Of a DNA stretch of 64,000 nt, positions 54,701-63,128 are shown piece by piece (position 1 is the stretch's first letter; every line of letters begins with the position of its first letter). The stretch lies in IMG/VR virus record IMGVR_UViG_3300005611_000012, positions 8,075 through 72,074 of that record. One strand, written 5' to 3'. The notes beneath the pieces are model-generated. The model was not told the origin of the DNA, made no database searches, and saw only the letters and a program-made list of their open reading frames with translations. The stretch comes from a virus. The translations under genes were made by a program, and so were the position numbers.

Positions 54701-55112
54701 CAAAGGCCAAAGTATCAGCTGAAATACGAACAGCAGCGGAACCAGCTCCCGCCAGGGAGTCAGTAGCTTTTTCTCTTAATATACGAGTATCTTGGCGATT
54801 AACTGCTCGCTGAGATTCATTGGTTGTTTGGTCAGGGGATTCAAAGAAACGAGCTCGCTCGGCTTCAAGACCATACTTAAGAGCGAACTGCCCAGGTGGC
54901 AGTGTTTGCTTATCAATCTCCAATTGCTCATTGGGTCCTACTTCGGGACCCCCGGGACGGAGTCGATCAAAAAGACCCTCGCCAATTCCAACGAGACCCT
55001 GTCCAACATCCACAGCTGCAGCAGTTACAGGATCTCGATCACGGATAGTTTTAGGCTCTTCCGTAATAGTAGATCGACCGATATCGGCTAGTTGCTCTGT
55101 GAATTGTGACAT
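42717..55112 (-). CDS. Virion-encapsidated RNA polymerase (N4 gp50-like), 4131 aa
   Basis: Motif A MELDGKTNGP, motif B RGATKSPITQNLYG, motif C AVHDG; conserved C-terminal VKHVIVVKS...IQYGDF-like...EFINYD...GLTWFMNFKLRS; no Cys noticed on reading, as reported for N4 vRNAP. Confidence 0.95.
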   Translation of the reverse strand: MSQFTEQLADIGRSTITEEPKTIRDRDPVTAAAVDVGQGLVGIGEGLFDRLRPGGPEVGPNEQLEIDKQTLPPGQFALKYGLEAERARFFESPDQTTNESQRAVNRQDTRILREKATDSLAGAGSAAVRISADTLAFGARALPGGEATREGARALGDAAGLDVDPARLDDTISDGGAAVADFIAKGKGERINELRAGQAQTAEARLKDSALAFENSDKSLREQFRRIGRDAIISADSYKDNPSAAADVAAEGLGSMIPSLAAAGGARGLATALLERVGIKGVGKEVIETAVTAATVGALEGSGAYGETRRAVLELDEETLLKDSDDYRALREGGVSHEKAREEVSRIAAMEAQLNTTLVAAGISTPFAGFEGGAFTRGIRSLKSLGEDVAGQTVEEAAQNATAQAFQNIALRDNADSSVRLSDDVGQAATEGAIGGLGATAVISAPSFPKAWAEVVADVSLKTGVTIGKNLNELKRNRLIAKERVTLEETYGPMVEEGKQVADLIKALDDPKAEIAPEARAQIERVRDILGDEIQFLEGLTPEEKQKTKPFKKEIVDGDRVKTLQNLQEAISRNAYDPESEAGIALAEYYQEQADLLSGYHGAFEFLGLDAQQQTEEDTPSTQRTPEEDAAVEARAKARADEFTSHMDEQPVLAETIRKTSEILNAASVKSVAAGGEVRPIGSIKEVVMNPVGVDPARITEEAKAGMSEDSLKAVAVVEAIQAPEHSDRLGPVQGNRKNDRAGARRETLFQSKTAKFGEIASFNDMVSQLIRGAIRNGREGSTVVRDTTGAQVDAKDVLADLQKLIQHQQNKYAAAQESHDFSVANPDARDTTRPFDSLSQKTGEFRPGKGKIFVNAKSNNSLQTYAAIAEDLNTGIRAYNALLEQFPETYQGERLQEVEVPAVPEQSEATQDAPTPQRSEQDQTEQAQPTEVVQDTGVDNTPRSPGDGLQPDGRISFKELFQGSNETNLSGAIRYLLGSSALNPNQQTILSMIAGSSFARANPRTIVRQATAEERKASKTTHGWWDPQKNEIVIFNQNAEALLHEMIHATTLEALFQNLASASLKRGTEQPLTATEKAALELNDAALAFMERTDVSPESQRVQDIMRALVNPALPIAQQDRNMARAISEYMAYGLTVKEIEPDLDAIVYEDPGFAKQVIGFVKGLIGAFIGESNPQRNSRKALTALDRLYLNTRTLALDSQTTSLQAREVQQRQAEDVTQGSEAETTSTAPARKEAPTPDTKKQAKEQPAPAPERTRSPVETVETKTIEKADYTLIANKQADGRLKLRVTFKKTSWIARLNDMLKRDTWDTLDPWIEKNIQPLIGNANEILEFEWFQEQLIFNVVPKITAAQDKAFELAEAFKNPELKIETTYPEGDFRLEFENSLLTKIYDDTTQGDQAVFDEFLKLTDATIRQAIINTLPENTKIDGWEFDGSAFFVQTSQPAQAEEQSPAETGSDATLPAVEATETESAIAAAVAAIADGVGKAIEERLPSPVPAPAQTEQVSEATPTPETATADAVETTGVENTPATSSAEQVQAPEGLEPIETTRVVDQDVGLPEGWTPEYILGTTLLSNGDQPSFMSRILTALEPKLQPGDTLERLISAAEEDLSYGVTPDMRAANEKVRAEAFRVVQGMQQRVTAQIKKLKAKNGKPLLQAMQEFQNGETEFNPARSEQFRILAWMDAQSIRDGEPKFDQHILMLAVMAAADYVMNNENSGGQYKLSEIAKILGISDVTKITPEMIDMVNSGRPGAFVKPALASHIRQFLGAELNDQVSATETEGVFEALSHEILEYLSLDGANAVGKNFWFKSRSVQMPGDRTVTAYSFGNPKGWQEGAGKNLLRDVLTSKSSDMHRYSIGQRWADEDVDRTVKKDRTLRISDKQRAAIKAQQDTPFYFSKDFWEMYQQLGNQAVAYMLGFKPLANGQFYNKFDEKSVEGKNVSVDYGINNVLRQIDEVMAYAEKHDLNPHEVPIYYRISIGTNTRFNFEGFNPQQNKLAREMFSPTRHTVDLSDATQEDTLYAAIGQSLGLKVENLGIAEAAKQARELLATEYKDVLEAFDGELTDPKIRQFVVEKMNQIGLEEDAFTLKGLWTAKKIADAKAAGETQLETDMYMELDGKTNGPITAAIQHFGGAYSPEILATWRRGGYFLSNAFNPNDGISYYQWKNGVNADDTLTPVAERSAADFYGRVGELMGSTLLSVQESILDGTIFGGRAEDADEAFRWKEDGKRAFARTLQLLGTMKGYELTVGEDGRPVMKIARGATKSPITQNLYGAKAPSISLGLAADIITDIYSDLTKLGQGDASVLPILREKAKIFDNLVTHDVVFDEFGNLDKVVRSAPKGRTLSSVLQSNNPSKEVLRDFLVDNDQAQRLARSLQAFYISGFTAALEQAVDPSVAQLNKSLIEGAQLQGRIYKKTVEAALDARRKEMVEAGEIFESHELPRSEVRKIIDAHRDLAPIIDNGVTSFNVVTNESETSTDVARRRYGQQKKAESDKDAVVENPFNPRSRTLSGKQIDSRRDVLGDPGVRILPFTTQTNADVAMEVDSWTNPNYPTNALAVHDGNNHATTDLVQASQVMNEAISKAWHTNTLRPVLEAYDRALAFMEEDTNDYAELKAVRDALEIDVLKRDARIEAEKSVFTSFQGVPGADAPFVQEGQRFKSEKELIDHLNYETNRIWIESLSRLEEQKREGLESLVTEAGRDLGVTEGTYTGEQIRDILREAIDANPDLQDIVTAAFKSPVLGQLIEEGFKVVLNDKGGDIPAIAGTYDGRTKTIYLNIANAEVTAHEMVHATTVHQIYDYYVRGNTTPQLDRAFESIEQDMDTFLDQNFSSDPILAKVASVIKGYQLEGDIASAVAEFIAYGTTNQSTMDNILSGFDQSVRGKVLKAFRSVLNTIRKLIGIPAKEYNAVKFWTKSVMREIPQTTEFTHHPLAHSAFTEATATGAEAQRKLGIQRKVGEQVTQFLKARLRGDDNVATRAKQTKAAAEYTKAKTEGLDALSTAAAAGFTIEGTQDNLLFQTLYAVLAVDTKLDTVALQELNQIYGKIMEQLKPEMFERFGPGGQANELQGQRMFAALLGIPFYDLAGATEFTPVGEDKGGQKLAMFLSLAQTSPELREVLSEIDLGQLGLNTDFDTGSGLDGLLGSTTQKVINRLNGRIIESNGDKSLPSNAALDALTEMLLEYDAQAATEFENDRADNLKGINVIVRGAVSDAARRVSDGFRESAEKSSNDLSKAVQGVAAGLADILVEERAQAQDERLISFLNKPEIPEAIRALYAEMRSIGSDNAQVLQLVKKAKNAVSRLRQEYIEQVPKIIRSRFGDAFQNLDEKGQRKAMKALFQGMGQTDFGIIAKVMGVNSGLELYGSDRDARGRRDRAIKDVKEQIQRSMAGMDVSDKIVRAYFSKAEQLAEYMVNKNTGVNLLTSAVGILNLHNEDGLSISQAEYKALQEALKKRRTGQGRISTETRALIDQIDLLASLEALNKLSDETHSEIAELVKTDRDALRYAADYQRELHRLERAKVDINSSAAVNGVKGHFVTQGRRKYSVILANNSDEQKLREQGYKRIRDYDSAVQQLDPTRKGQSYYFSAHNKLATYNQGVVQTVQNTYSGVDAVTGLTVGPETTGGLISGKEASLLNKRMKARTGLDHKDGLIPVFNMDGSLVGFEQAVASDMLPMLEPTQDYADSLGRWAGRIQEEKAAQGLNKELIDAMKAIYDRDNANGRGDEYADFGREQKDDGSWDLTGDLQGDPVWREAYFLMPKEAREYAEEVFGGPIKVRRDLINNTFGFRSASVADIWTGKSRLNEELREGIKGVFMATPFLGADAFKYVVGAEEILQQVVSEVKHVIVVKSGVILAANTIANVIQLATREVPLSYMTQRTRSKFAEIETYLKNEDLKVKLRADALASRSKTEKKNIEARIEAIDEANRKMSIWPLLEANQFTTISEGLTDSDRALMDGRFMDWVEKKAGELPGGLATVARYSIVAKDTALYQGLAKGVQYGDFISKAIYYDFLTEERGVSPEDAMLKIDQEFINYDLNDSRARSYLESIGLTWFMNFKLRSIKIALDIIRNNPASALLALSTANVLNLDAGSPVLDNVASVAGDGRLGYSIGPGMIEAGWNLNPWVNLTS

Positions 55113-55129
55113 GGCCTCGCCTTGTTAGA

Positions 55130-56719
55130 CTATTGGCCTGCACCAGACCGTGTGTTGAATTCAGCTTCTGTGCGTAGGATCCGGGTCGTAAGAGTTGAGA
55201 TCTCAGCGTTGAGCTTGTTAATCCGATCACTATCCGGATTGTTGCTTTGCTGCAATCGAGCAAGTTCTTGGCGCTTAGAGTTGATCTGAGACTGCCAAGT
55301 AGCAGCTTGAGTACGATCGCGTTGAATTCGTCGATACTGCTCTTCGATCTGACTTTTGTTGGCGGCAAAAGCTTCAGCTTTTTCGATAAACCGGGAATTG
55401 TGTAATTCCGGGCTTTGACCAATTAATGTGGTATTATCGATAGAAGCGCCAACAATAGCCATTGTTTGCTCAGGCGTCAGACCTAAACGAGCTGCAGTCC
55501 CTTTGATGAGCTGCTGCTCACCTTTAGAGATATCATAATCAGGGAACCGACGAGCGATTTCAATACCGATGTCATCGCTGAAGCCTTCAAATGATTCAGC
55601 GAGTTCTTGAGATGTCGCAAAGATATCGAGATCTGGTTCAGACCGGATGATGTCATTGGCCCGGCTATCAATACCATCAATGACAGCTTGTACCGGTACC
55701 TGACGAGTCTGGTTTGTCTCGAGCTCTGTGCCAAGGAATGCATTCGACAGAGACCGTCCCAAGTTAGACAGAGGATCGATCTGACCTGCCGGCGCAGTAA
55801 TTGATACATCGTCACGGATACGGTTCGTGAGATCCAGATCAGGACCTGTCTGAATAGCCTGCAGTGCAGAGACTCGCTCTTCTTCTGTTAGGTTCTGATC
55901 ATCGTTGATCATATCCAGCTGATTACCCTGAGAGGTACCTTGTACCCGAGCACGTGCTACGGCCGCATCAACGCGATCCCGTGAAGCAAGGTCATCATCT
56001 GAACGCTTAGCAGCTTTGACTGTACGGCCAAAATTGAAGTCACGAGCGCGGTTAGCGTCTTCGCCAGCTTCCAGGGTTTGGACATTACTGGCTTCAGTAA
56101 AGCGAGAATTCTCACCGGTGTCCCGATCTTCAAAGCCTGCGCGTAAACGTTCGTTCACAAAATCAGCACCGAATGTACCTGAGGCGTTTGCGACAATAGA
56201 ATCAGCAAGTTCCTGTGCTTGCTCGTTTCTACCTTGCAAGCGCAAGTTCGTCATACGGGCAAGGTCATTGCCGTATTCCAATTGGAAACGATTACCCAGT
56301 TCTTCTTGATCGAGTTCATTGTTGGCGCCGCGGAGTAAGACATCATTTTTGTCGGCAACAGCACGGTTAGAACGATTAGAAATAATACGCGAACGAGCGT
56401 TATTGATTACGTCCGCAGAACCAGGAACAACGACAGCGCTATTAGTGTCACCACCAGGAAGCAAGCCAAGCGAACCAAAAATCTGATTAAGTTCACCTTC
56501 GTCTGTGGTATTGGCAGCCGCAAGTTTCAAAATCTCCAGTCCACGGGCGTTCTTACGTTCAGTCTCAGCATCAAGCCTTGCCTGTCGGCGATCGCCCAAT
56601 CCTGTGATTTTCTGGCCCAAGTTGTCAAGCCCTGCTCCAATGGAGAGGGCTGCACGGGACACTGAAGCTGATCCGTTTCCTACGGATGGAAGTCCAACTG
56701 GTTGGTAGTATAAAGCCAT
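55130..56719 (-). CDS. Internal virion/ejection protein (N4 gp51-like position)
   Basis: 529 aa, Cys-free helical composition, directly upstream of vRNAP. Confidence 0.7.
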   Translation of the reverse strand: MALYYQPVGLPSVGNGSASVSRAALSIGAGLDNLGQKITGLGDRRQARLDAETERKNARGLEILKLAAANTTDEGELNQIFGSLGLLPGGDTNSAVVVPGSADVINNARSRIISNRSNRAVADKNDVLLRGANNELDQEELGNRFQLEYGNDLARMTNLRLQGRNEQAQELADSIVANASGTFGADFVNERLRAGFEDRDTGENSRFTEASNVQTLEAGEDANRARDFNFGRTVKAAKRSDDDLASRDRVDAAVARARVQGTSQGNQLDMINDDQNLTEEERVSALQAIQTGPDLDLTNRIRDDVSITAPAGQIDPLSNLGRSLSNAFLGTELETNQTRQVPVQAVIDGIDSRANDIIRSEPDLDIFATSQELAESFEGFSDDIGIEIARRFPDYDISKGEQQLIKGTAARLGLTPEQTMAIVGASIDNTTLIGQSPELHNSRFIEKAEAFAANKSQIEEQYRRIQRDRTQAATWQSQINSKRQELARLQQSNNPDSDRINKLNAEISTLTTRILRTEAEFNTRSGAGQ

Positions 56720-56722
56720 CGC

Positions 56723-57217
56723 TTACCCGATCCGTTTAAAGTCCAGGGAGTTCGCTGAAATGCCTGCTTCGGTGGTTGTTGCGCTGTCGCCTTGGGTATG
56801 GCCGCGGGCACGTCGAATATCTGCAAGTCGAGTATTATACGACTTAACTGTGTTTTCCAGGTTTGCATTGGCAAACCCTGTCTGAGTGGCCAATTCTTTT
56901 TTGGCCATCTTATTCGCTTGGAAGCCTAGATAGATGGATGCCAGATCTCCCAGGATTGAAACACCAGAACCAAAATCACCCAGATACTGAGAAAGCTTTG
57001 ATTGTGGGGCTACTCCGCCAATACCACCTTCACGGAAAGCCGCGCCTACATCAACACCTGGCACTTGAGGACCTGTGCCTTCTCCGACTCCAAAAGCACG
57101 AAGTGCGCCGGCTAAACCCGGACTATTTGAAGGGGTTGAACCAAATGAAGCAAAGGAGCCTGAGCTCATTGGAGCGACTGCTGGGACCCCGAGAGCTTCC
57201 ATATTGAAACCAGACAT
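56723..57217 (-). CDS. Virion structural protein (N4 gp52-like)
   Basis: Gly-rich N-terminus; GLASIYLGFQANKMAKK...ANLENTVKSYNTRL pattern; synteny. Confidence 0.75.
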   Translation of the reverse strand: MSGFNMEALGVPAVAPMSSGSFASFGSTPSNSPGLAGALRAFGVGEGTGPQVPGVDVGAAFREGGIGGVAPQSKLSQYLGDFGSGVSILGDLASIYLGFQANKMAKKELATQTGFANANLENTVKSYNTRLADIRRARGHTQGDSATTTEAGISANSLDFKRIG

Positions 57218-57269
57218 TAGAGATCCTTTCCGCGGCAGTACGAATCTTTACGCAGGATTACCCCCTAAA

Positions 57270-59597
57270 TCAGGGTAAAGTCAATGCAGCGTCGACAAAG
57301 TCAGTTACCATAGAATGGCTCAAATCAATGAGATCCCCACCAGATAAGAGAGTCCGATCTAGGAAATCCTGAGGTGTTTCGCCAAAGAATGTGGCCCGGG
57401 TCCAGTTTTGACCCATCTGGTTCCATTCATTTATTGGAGATGTAAAGTCAGTTAGCATGGTCGGATTAATGATTCCGCTACTATCAAGCCCAGCCATAAG
57501 CTCTTCCAGGCGTTTCATTTCTTCCTGATATTCTTCAAGCACTTCGCCCGTACGCTCGAGGGTTTCCTGAAGCTGTTCTTGTTGGATTACTCCTACCAGA
57601 TCAGTGGCTGCATTGGTCATGAGAGACAACTTGTCCAGCGCTGCCATATTGCCCCAGTTCACACCTTGGGCGACATTATCGAAGCTGAAGCCTCCAGGCC
57701 CAGAGCCAAGAATGAGGATCGCAGCTGTTACGGCCGTAAGAATCTTACCGATCTTTTCTCCGAAAAGCTCTCCGCCGGCAACGTCCACCAGCTGGAGAAT
57801 GATCATTGCTGCAATAGCGTTTGCTGCTGCACCCACAGCCACAGCCAAAAGACCTGAAAAACCAAGGGCGGCGCCTACAGCTGCCGCGGAACCAAGAACA
57901 CCAGCACCTGCAGCGGCGGCCGCGGGAGTACCCGCACCGGCTGTGACCACAGTCACTACGGCTACGACAACCACAACGATTACAGCCAGAATAAATGAGA
58001 AGATTCCGGTCTGGTACCATTTCTTTTTTACGACCTGGTATGAATTAAAGACCATCAAATAGGATTCACGAGCTACGTCCGTAGCTTTGATGCCCCCTAG
58101 TCGTTTGAGGGTTGGCTCATGTAAGGGAATGATAAAGCCACTGTCGTCGCTATCAGCCATGGCTTCTGCCGCGGAGATATCCACTGACTTGCCTGAATAG
58201 ATCAGGTTCTTGTGGAGAAGCCCGTCGACACGGATCTCAGAATACTGGGTCCTCGAGATTTGCTTGCGAATCATCAAGCCAGTGGCTGAATTGACCCGGG
58301 TCTCGATGCCCCCAGAGAATGAAAAATCGATCTGATTATTGATCTGGTATCCATCACCGACCGTGACATCACCTACTTTGGCGTTGGGGGTAATCAGTCC
58401 GTTCTTGGTCGTCTCATCAATATCGGCCCAAGTAATCTTCATATCGAGCACACCAAAGGCGCTCGTAGGAAGGGTCAGGTGAACTTCTTCTACCCGGGGG
58501 CCTGTACCGGTAGTGGCAGGGTTGATTCCATCCAACCGTCCAGCATTACCCACTGCATTGAAAGCTGCAGCGTTGACTTGCTCCGTGCCTTCGACGAATC
58601 GTTCGTGATACCCTAACGTGTCATTGGTAGTAGCCCAGGAATCGAACGTTCCACTTGGGAGAGTCTGACGCTCAGCAAGGAGCTTGAAGAATTCATAGAT
58701 GTACGCCTTTTCTGCTTTATCGCTTGTGTTCAGACAAACACCAAAAACCAGATAAGCGTAATCAATATCGCCGATATCAACGTTGTCGTTGACCTCGTCG
58801 ATGGCGTCTTGCATCTCAGAGCCCATAGCCTTTTTCCAGGCTTCACGGATATCGTCTTCATGGGCGAGAGCGGGAGAGCCAGGATCGAACACAGATGTGT
58901 TATCGATACGAATCGGGAGAAAGGGGTAGAACTCCCGGACACTGGACCCAGAGCTCACCTGGATCTTTCTATTATCCAGAGCAGCATTGCCAGATCCCAG
59001 CACATAAATGAAGACCTTGGTGGGTGACGTTACACCACCGTTGGTAACTGTATAATACGCAATAAGAACGTCGATAGACGAATTGTAACCTGGGATGTTG
59101 ATCGTCGTAGACGTCATATCCGGCCACTGAATATAAATGTCATCTGTAACTGGATCAGCGTCTGCAGCCCAATCTTCAGTAGCTCGGGCCGGCACAGTGT
59201 CATAGATGTACCGCTCAGCATAATAGGATTCATCAGCATTATCGATTAATGTGTGAATAATATTGATTGTGTTGGCTGCATCTCCGCCGAACTCTGAGCT
59301 CAAGATCTCCGCGGCAACTGCGACATCGTCGATCGTCTCAGTGTAATTGATGGCAGCCCGGGGCATACCAGCATCTAGGTTATTGGTTGCCCATCTGAAG
59401 AAGCTCTTCTGGATTCCTCGAGGGCCATTCTGGATCCCAGCCTGGATTGCTTCCGCATAAGACGCATTAGGATTACCGGATAACGCTACGCCGGCGATAG
59501 TCTCTCTAATGAAGTCTGCACGATCATTGCCGTCATCGACCACTTTGTAGACTGTTGACGAGACATAGATTTTCTTCTTGGTTCCAAAGAGGCTCAT
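57270..59597 (-). CDS. Virion structural protein (N4 gp53-like)
   Basis: MSLFGTKKKIYVSST start; FIIPL...VFNSYQVVKKKWYQTGIF followed by a hydrophobic Ala/Val tract. Confidence 0.8.
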   Translation of the reverse strand: MSLFGTKKKIYVSSTVYKVVDDGNDRADFIRETIAGVALSGNPNASYAEAIQAGIQNGPRGIQKSFFRWATNNLDAGMPRAAINYTETIDDVAVAAEILSSEFGGDAANTINIIHTLIDNADESYYAERYIYDTVPARATEDWAADADPVTDDIYIQWPDMTSTTINIPGYNSSIDVLIAYYTVTNGGVTSPTKVFIYVLGSGNAALDNRKIQVSSGSSVREFYPFLPIRIDNTSVFDPGSPALAHEDDIREAWKKAMGSEMQDAIDEVNDNVDIGDIDYAYLVFGVCLNTSDKAEKAYIYEFFKLLAERQTLPSGTFDSWATTNDTLGYHERFVEGTEQVNAAAFNAVGNAGRLDGINPATTGTGPRVEEVHLTLPTSAFGVLDMKITWADIDETTKNGLITPNAKVGDVTVGDGYQINNQIDFSFSGGIETRVNSATGLMIRKQISRTQYSEIRVDGLLHKNLIYSGKSVDISAAEAMADSDDSGFIIPLHEPTLKRLGGIKATDVARESYLMVFNSYQVVKKKWYQTGIFSFILAVIVVVVVAVVTVVTAGAGTPAAAAAGAGVLGSAAAVGAALGFSGLLAVAVGAAANAIAAMIILQLVDVAGGELFGEKIGKILTAVTAAILILGSGPGGFSFDNVAQGVNWGNMAALDKLSLMTNAATDLVGVIQQEQLQETLERTGEVLEEYQEEMKRLEELMAGLDSSGIINPTMLTDFTSPINEWNQMGQNWTRATFFGETPQDFLDRTLLSGGDLIDLSHSMVTDFVDAALTLP

Positions 59598-59606
59598 GCT
59601 GCCTCC

Positions 59607-60692
59607 TTATACAGTTCCGAGACTCAAGTCAGTCTTAAGGCTTCCGAGGACCTCATCGATCTCGTTGTTGGTAAACTGAGTTGGAGCCAGCAAACCTTCG
59701 TCCAGAGACTTTTGAGTGATCCAGCCATCAACCCAGAACTTGGCAGCTTTGTAGCGTGCGTCTTTGACATACGAAGAGATCTGCTCGGTATAGAGATCTT
59801 TCTGTTTACCAATGGCACCAGCAACCGAAGTCACTCCATCAGAACGAGTATCCAGTGTTTGAGCGCGCTGAACTTCGTATTGCTCACCAAGCACGTTTTT
59901 CTGTGCCGGCAAGATGTCAGTGTGCTGGTACGTCTTGATATTGACGTCCTGGGTGAGGAGATTGTTCTGGCTCACCATCAAGACATCTACTTCATAATTC
60001 AGCTTATTATACTGCTCTACGAGGATATTATCGATTGTGTAGGTAAGCTGTCTCTTTTCCTCAGGGAGGATGTTGGCCAGCTGATAATCCAGAATAAGCT
60101 TTTCAGCATTGACGCTGGCAGCCTGGTTTGTAGTCAGACTGACTTGCTGCTCGATGTTCGAGTAAGAAATATCCTGCACAGCAATCTGCATCTTGGTCAG
60201 AGCATATTGGGCTTTCATGTTCTCAGACTCGGCAAGCGAGCTAATCACAGCATATTTAGCGGTTACGGCATTAGCCCGGGCAATGAGAGCCTGGTGCTCT
60301 GCGGCACGGCCCTGCATCTGCAGGAGAGCGTTCTGATATTGGGTTGTGCTCGCCTGAAGGGTGTACTGCACAGCGTTGCCCAATGCGGCAGCTGAGACAG
60401 CTTGATAAACTTCAGCGTATTCACGGCCGGTGATCCGGCCATTGTCGAACTCTTCAATTAAGTGAGCTCTCATCGATGTCATGATTTTATCAAAGACACC
60501 GGCGCCTCCCACAGTTGTGTCAGTCAGATTATCGACTGTCAGGGCTGTAGGGGCAGTATAGAGAATGCCAGACTGTGCCGGCAGGTCAAAAGACGTATCA
60601 GTGATATCGTCTGTGAGCGTCGGAAAGGTGATGCCGGCGATCAGCGCATTAAAGGCTGTAATTGCTTCAGTAGCTGGTTCGTTCGGCATCAC
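59607..60692 (-). CDS. Virion structural protein (N4 gp54-like)
   Basis: LTDTTVGGAGVFDKIM..HL.EEF..GRITG.EYA.VY; GAIGKQKDLYTEQI. Confidence 0.85.
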   Translation of the reverse strand: MMPNEPATEAITAFNALIAGITFPTLTDDITDTSFDLPAQSGILYTAPTALTVDNLTDTTVGGAGVFDKIMTSMRAHLIEEFDNGRITGREYAEVYQAVSAAALGNAVQYTLQASTTQYQNALLQMQGRAAEHQALIARANAVTAKYAVISSLAESENMKAQYALTKMQIAVQDISYSNIEQQVSLTTNQAASVNAEKLILDYQLANILPEEKRQLTYTIDNILVEQYNKLNYEVDVLMVSQNNLLTQDVNIKTYQHTDILPAQKNVLGEQYEVQRAQTLDTRSDGVTSVAGAIGKQKDLYTEQISSYVKDARYKAAKFWVDGWITQKSLDEGLLAPTQFTNNEIDEVLGSLKTDLSLGTV

Positions 60693-60705
60693 ACTCTCCT
60701 AGAGA

Positions 60706-61545
60706 TTAGCCAACTCCGACCATTCCCACATTGGCCTCACCGCGAGCACCCTGCATGTTTGCAAGTTGCTGCAGCTCATCCACTGTAAGGGGTCGCAGTT
60801 CATTGATTGTGAATTCTGGCGCCTGACGGTGCTCAACGCGCTCGGTACCATCTGCATTTTTTCGAGACTTGGTCTGAACGTACTTCTTCTGGCGAAGCAT
60901 ATTCACCAAGATCCGCGGCACGTGATAGCCATTTTCGGTGACTTCCCCGTAGGGGATGTATTTCCGGACAACACCAAGATACTTGTTCTGAACGGAGAAA
61001 ATCTCACCATGGAGATCGTTCTTGTCAGGATTGTTGTTGTAAATTTGGCAGCGAACCAGGGCCATCTCAGTGTGCATCTGACGGGCGCGGATAATCATTT
61101 TCCGCTTACGTTCAGGCTGACGCATCAAATCGTCTGTAGTCATTTCCAACATCACAGAAAGAGGTGGCAACTTATTACGCTGAGATGGAGATGGGCGTCG
61201 AGCCACCGGTGTAGCGGCAGGCTCTCCTTGGCGAGCAACGTCGCTTTCAGGTTGCTCTGGTTGTTTAGCTGATTCGAGAGCTTCAATGTGCTCGTCGATT
61301 TTCGCTTTCAGAGTGTCCACATTGATGTTGTTCGAATGCCTGATACCCAGGGCCTTCGCCCGCTCTTTCAGAGAATCAAGCTCAGAAGGTCCATCCAAAA
61401 GAGGATCGCGATCTTCAGGCAGCGTGTCAGGATCTACAACAGGCTTTTCGCCCTGATCACCAGCAAGTTCTACTGGATCCTGGGCGGGCGTTGCGATTTC
61501 GTCGTTTGGGACCTCAGTCAGGCCATCGTCGTTTGTGTCACTCAT
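60706..61545 (-). CDS. N4 gp55-like conserved protein
   Basis: ELDSLKERAKALGIRHSNNI.VDTLKAKI; LVRCQIYNNNPDK.DL.GEIF; GYHVPRIL. Confidence 0.85.
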   Translation of the reverse strand: MSDTNDDGLTEVPNDEIATPAQDPVELAGDQGEKPVVDPDTLPEDRDPLLDGPSELDSLKERAKALGIRHSNNINVDTLKAKIDEHIEALESAKQPEQPESDVARQGEPAATPVARRPSPSQRNKLPPLSVMLEMTTDDLMRQPERKRKMIIRARQMHTEMALVRCQIYNNNPDKNDLHGEIFSVQNKYLGVVRKYIPYGEVTENGYHVPRILVNMLRQKKYVQTKSRKNADGTERVEHRQAPEFTINELRPLTVDELQQLANMQGARGEANVGMVGVG

Positions 61546-61588
61546 AATAATCTTCCTTGGGCTTCTTGGGTCAGTTGTTGATCAGGGT

Positions 61589-61620
61589 GTTGGCCGGGCA
61601 ACCCAAGATACCCGGCCAAC
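61589..61620 (-). terminator. Hairpin downstream of the major capsid gene
   Basis: GTTGGCCGGG/CCCGGCCAAC 10-bp stem in the MCP-gp55 intergenic region. Confidence 0.5.
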
Positions 61621-61661
61621 TGATGCTTCCCTGATCTCCCAAAAAGGGTCGCACCATTCGG

Positions 61662-63101
61662 TTAGATGACCGCCAGGGTCTTAACCAGTGCGAGACGCTC
61701 CGGACGGAGGATCATTGTTCCATACCACCATTTGATGGAGTGGAAGCCGATCTCGCCGTAAGGGTTCGTCCGATCAGCAACTTCCTTACCAGGCTTCTTG
61801 TGGATCATTTTCCACTTGACGCCCTTACCGCCGGTTTGGAAACCGATGGTAGTGAAGGAGCCTTTACCAATTACAAGCATCGGATAGATGTTGTAATTGT
61901 GTCCGCCGTTGTCGCGGTAGCCTGGGTTTGTGGTGACAGACGCACCAGCGCCTTCCCAGTGCTGCATCTCAGGAACAACGATAATACGGAACTGAGCAAC
62001 AGTACCGATTTCGCCATTCATGAGAGTCGCGGCTGCGCCATACTGGTGAGCATGGACAAAGGCCGGGTTCGAGAAGCTATCGGTCATTTCTTCCAGCGTT
62101 TGCTGGAGTTCGTTACCGATATACATCGCGCGGCCACCACGGACGGTACGTGTATCAATCATCCGAGAACCAGTGATGATATCCGTCTCACGAGGAGTAC
62201 GGTTGTCATCCAGGGTCAAAGACAGATTGAACAGGTCCTGGTAGCTGACTTCAGCTGGGTCGGCAGATTCGCCGTCCACAGTTGCGTCTGATACAGCGTC
62301 ACCGGCATAGACAACGACGCCAGCGCCGTTGAGCAGGTCAAGCTGCAGAGCCGCTTCCGAAATCTGCACAGCACCGTTAATCAATTCACGGTTCATGTGC
62401 ATCATCAGTTCGCTGTCGGAATCGAAATCCATTGCGTCCTGAGAATATTCGGTGAAGAAGCCGAGCTTCGAAATGGAACCTTCACGAACGATACGTGTAA
62501 AACCAACACGGTTCACACGGCCGCCGGTCTCAGAGAGAACAGGCAGTTTCGAAGTGATGGTACCAACGTCTTTCGAAGAACCATAGAGGTTACCAGAGCC
62601 TTGAAGCACAGTCAGTGTGTTCGGAGCAGATGCATTTGCAACAGCGGTTTGAACCGCGGCAGCTTCAACATCTGTGCCGGCAACCAGTTCGTCTTTCGTC
62701 AAAGTGATGACCCAAGGGCCTGCACCTGACTTAGACGCAACAGCGGCTTCGATGGCGTTGACCGCGGCGAGGAACGTGTCAGCGTTGCCTTCCACTGCAA
62801 AAGAATAAGTCGCGTAATCGAAATTCACGAAATACTCAGTTGAGAGGATAGCGGCGCCAGCAGCGTCGATACCTTGGTCGTTCACGTTGCGATCGTCGAG
62901 CAGCGGAATGTAGTGATACACTTTGATCCGCTTACCGAAGTGCTTCGGCATTGCTGTGACGTCTGCGAGAGGCATAAAATACATCTCGCGGCGAGCATCG
63001 ATGAGAGCTTTCTTTTGCCAGTAAAACTCATGCATCTGGCCTCCACCGATCGTTGAATCAGTGGACGGCGGGTTGTTATACAGGTGAGCAGCGTCAGCCA
63101 T
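61662..63101 (-). CDS. Major capsid protein (N4 gp56-like) with an inserted segment
   Basis: [66 protein letters not shown]-like [16 protein letters not shown]. Confidence 0.95.
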   Translation of the reverse strand: MADAAHLYNNPPSTDSTIGGGQMHEFYWQKKALIDARREMYFMPLADVTAMPKHFGKRIKVYHYIPLLDDRNVNDQGIDAAGAAILSTEYFVNFDYATYSFAVEGNADTFLAAVNAIEAAVASKSGAGPWVITLTKDELVAGTDVEAAAVQTAVANASAPNTLTVLQGSGNLYGSSKDVGTITSKLPVLSETGGRVNRVGFTRIVREGSISKLGFFTEYSQDAMDFDSDSELMMHMNRELINGAVQISEAALQLDLLNGAGVVVYAGDAVSDATVDGESADPAEVSYQDLFNLSLTLDDNRTPRETDIITGSRMIDTRTVRGGRAMYIGNELQQTLEEMTDSFSNPAFVHAHQYGAAATLMNGEIGTVAQFRIIVVPEMQHWEGAGASVTTNPGYRDNGGHNYNIYPMLVIGKGSFTTIGFQTGGKGVKWKMIHKKPGKEVADRTNPYGEIGFHSIKWWYGTMILRPERLALVKTLAVI

Positions 63102-63128
63102 TGTAAAACTTCCTCTTTATGCGCAACT

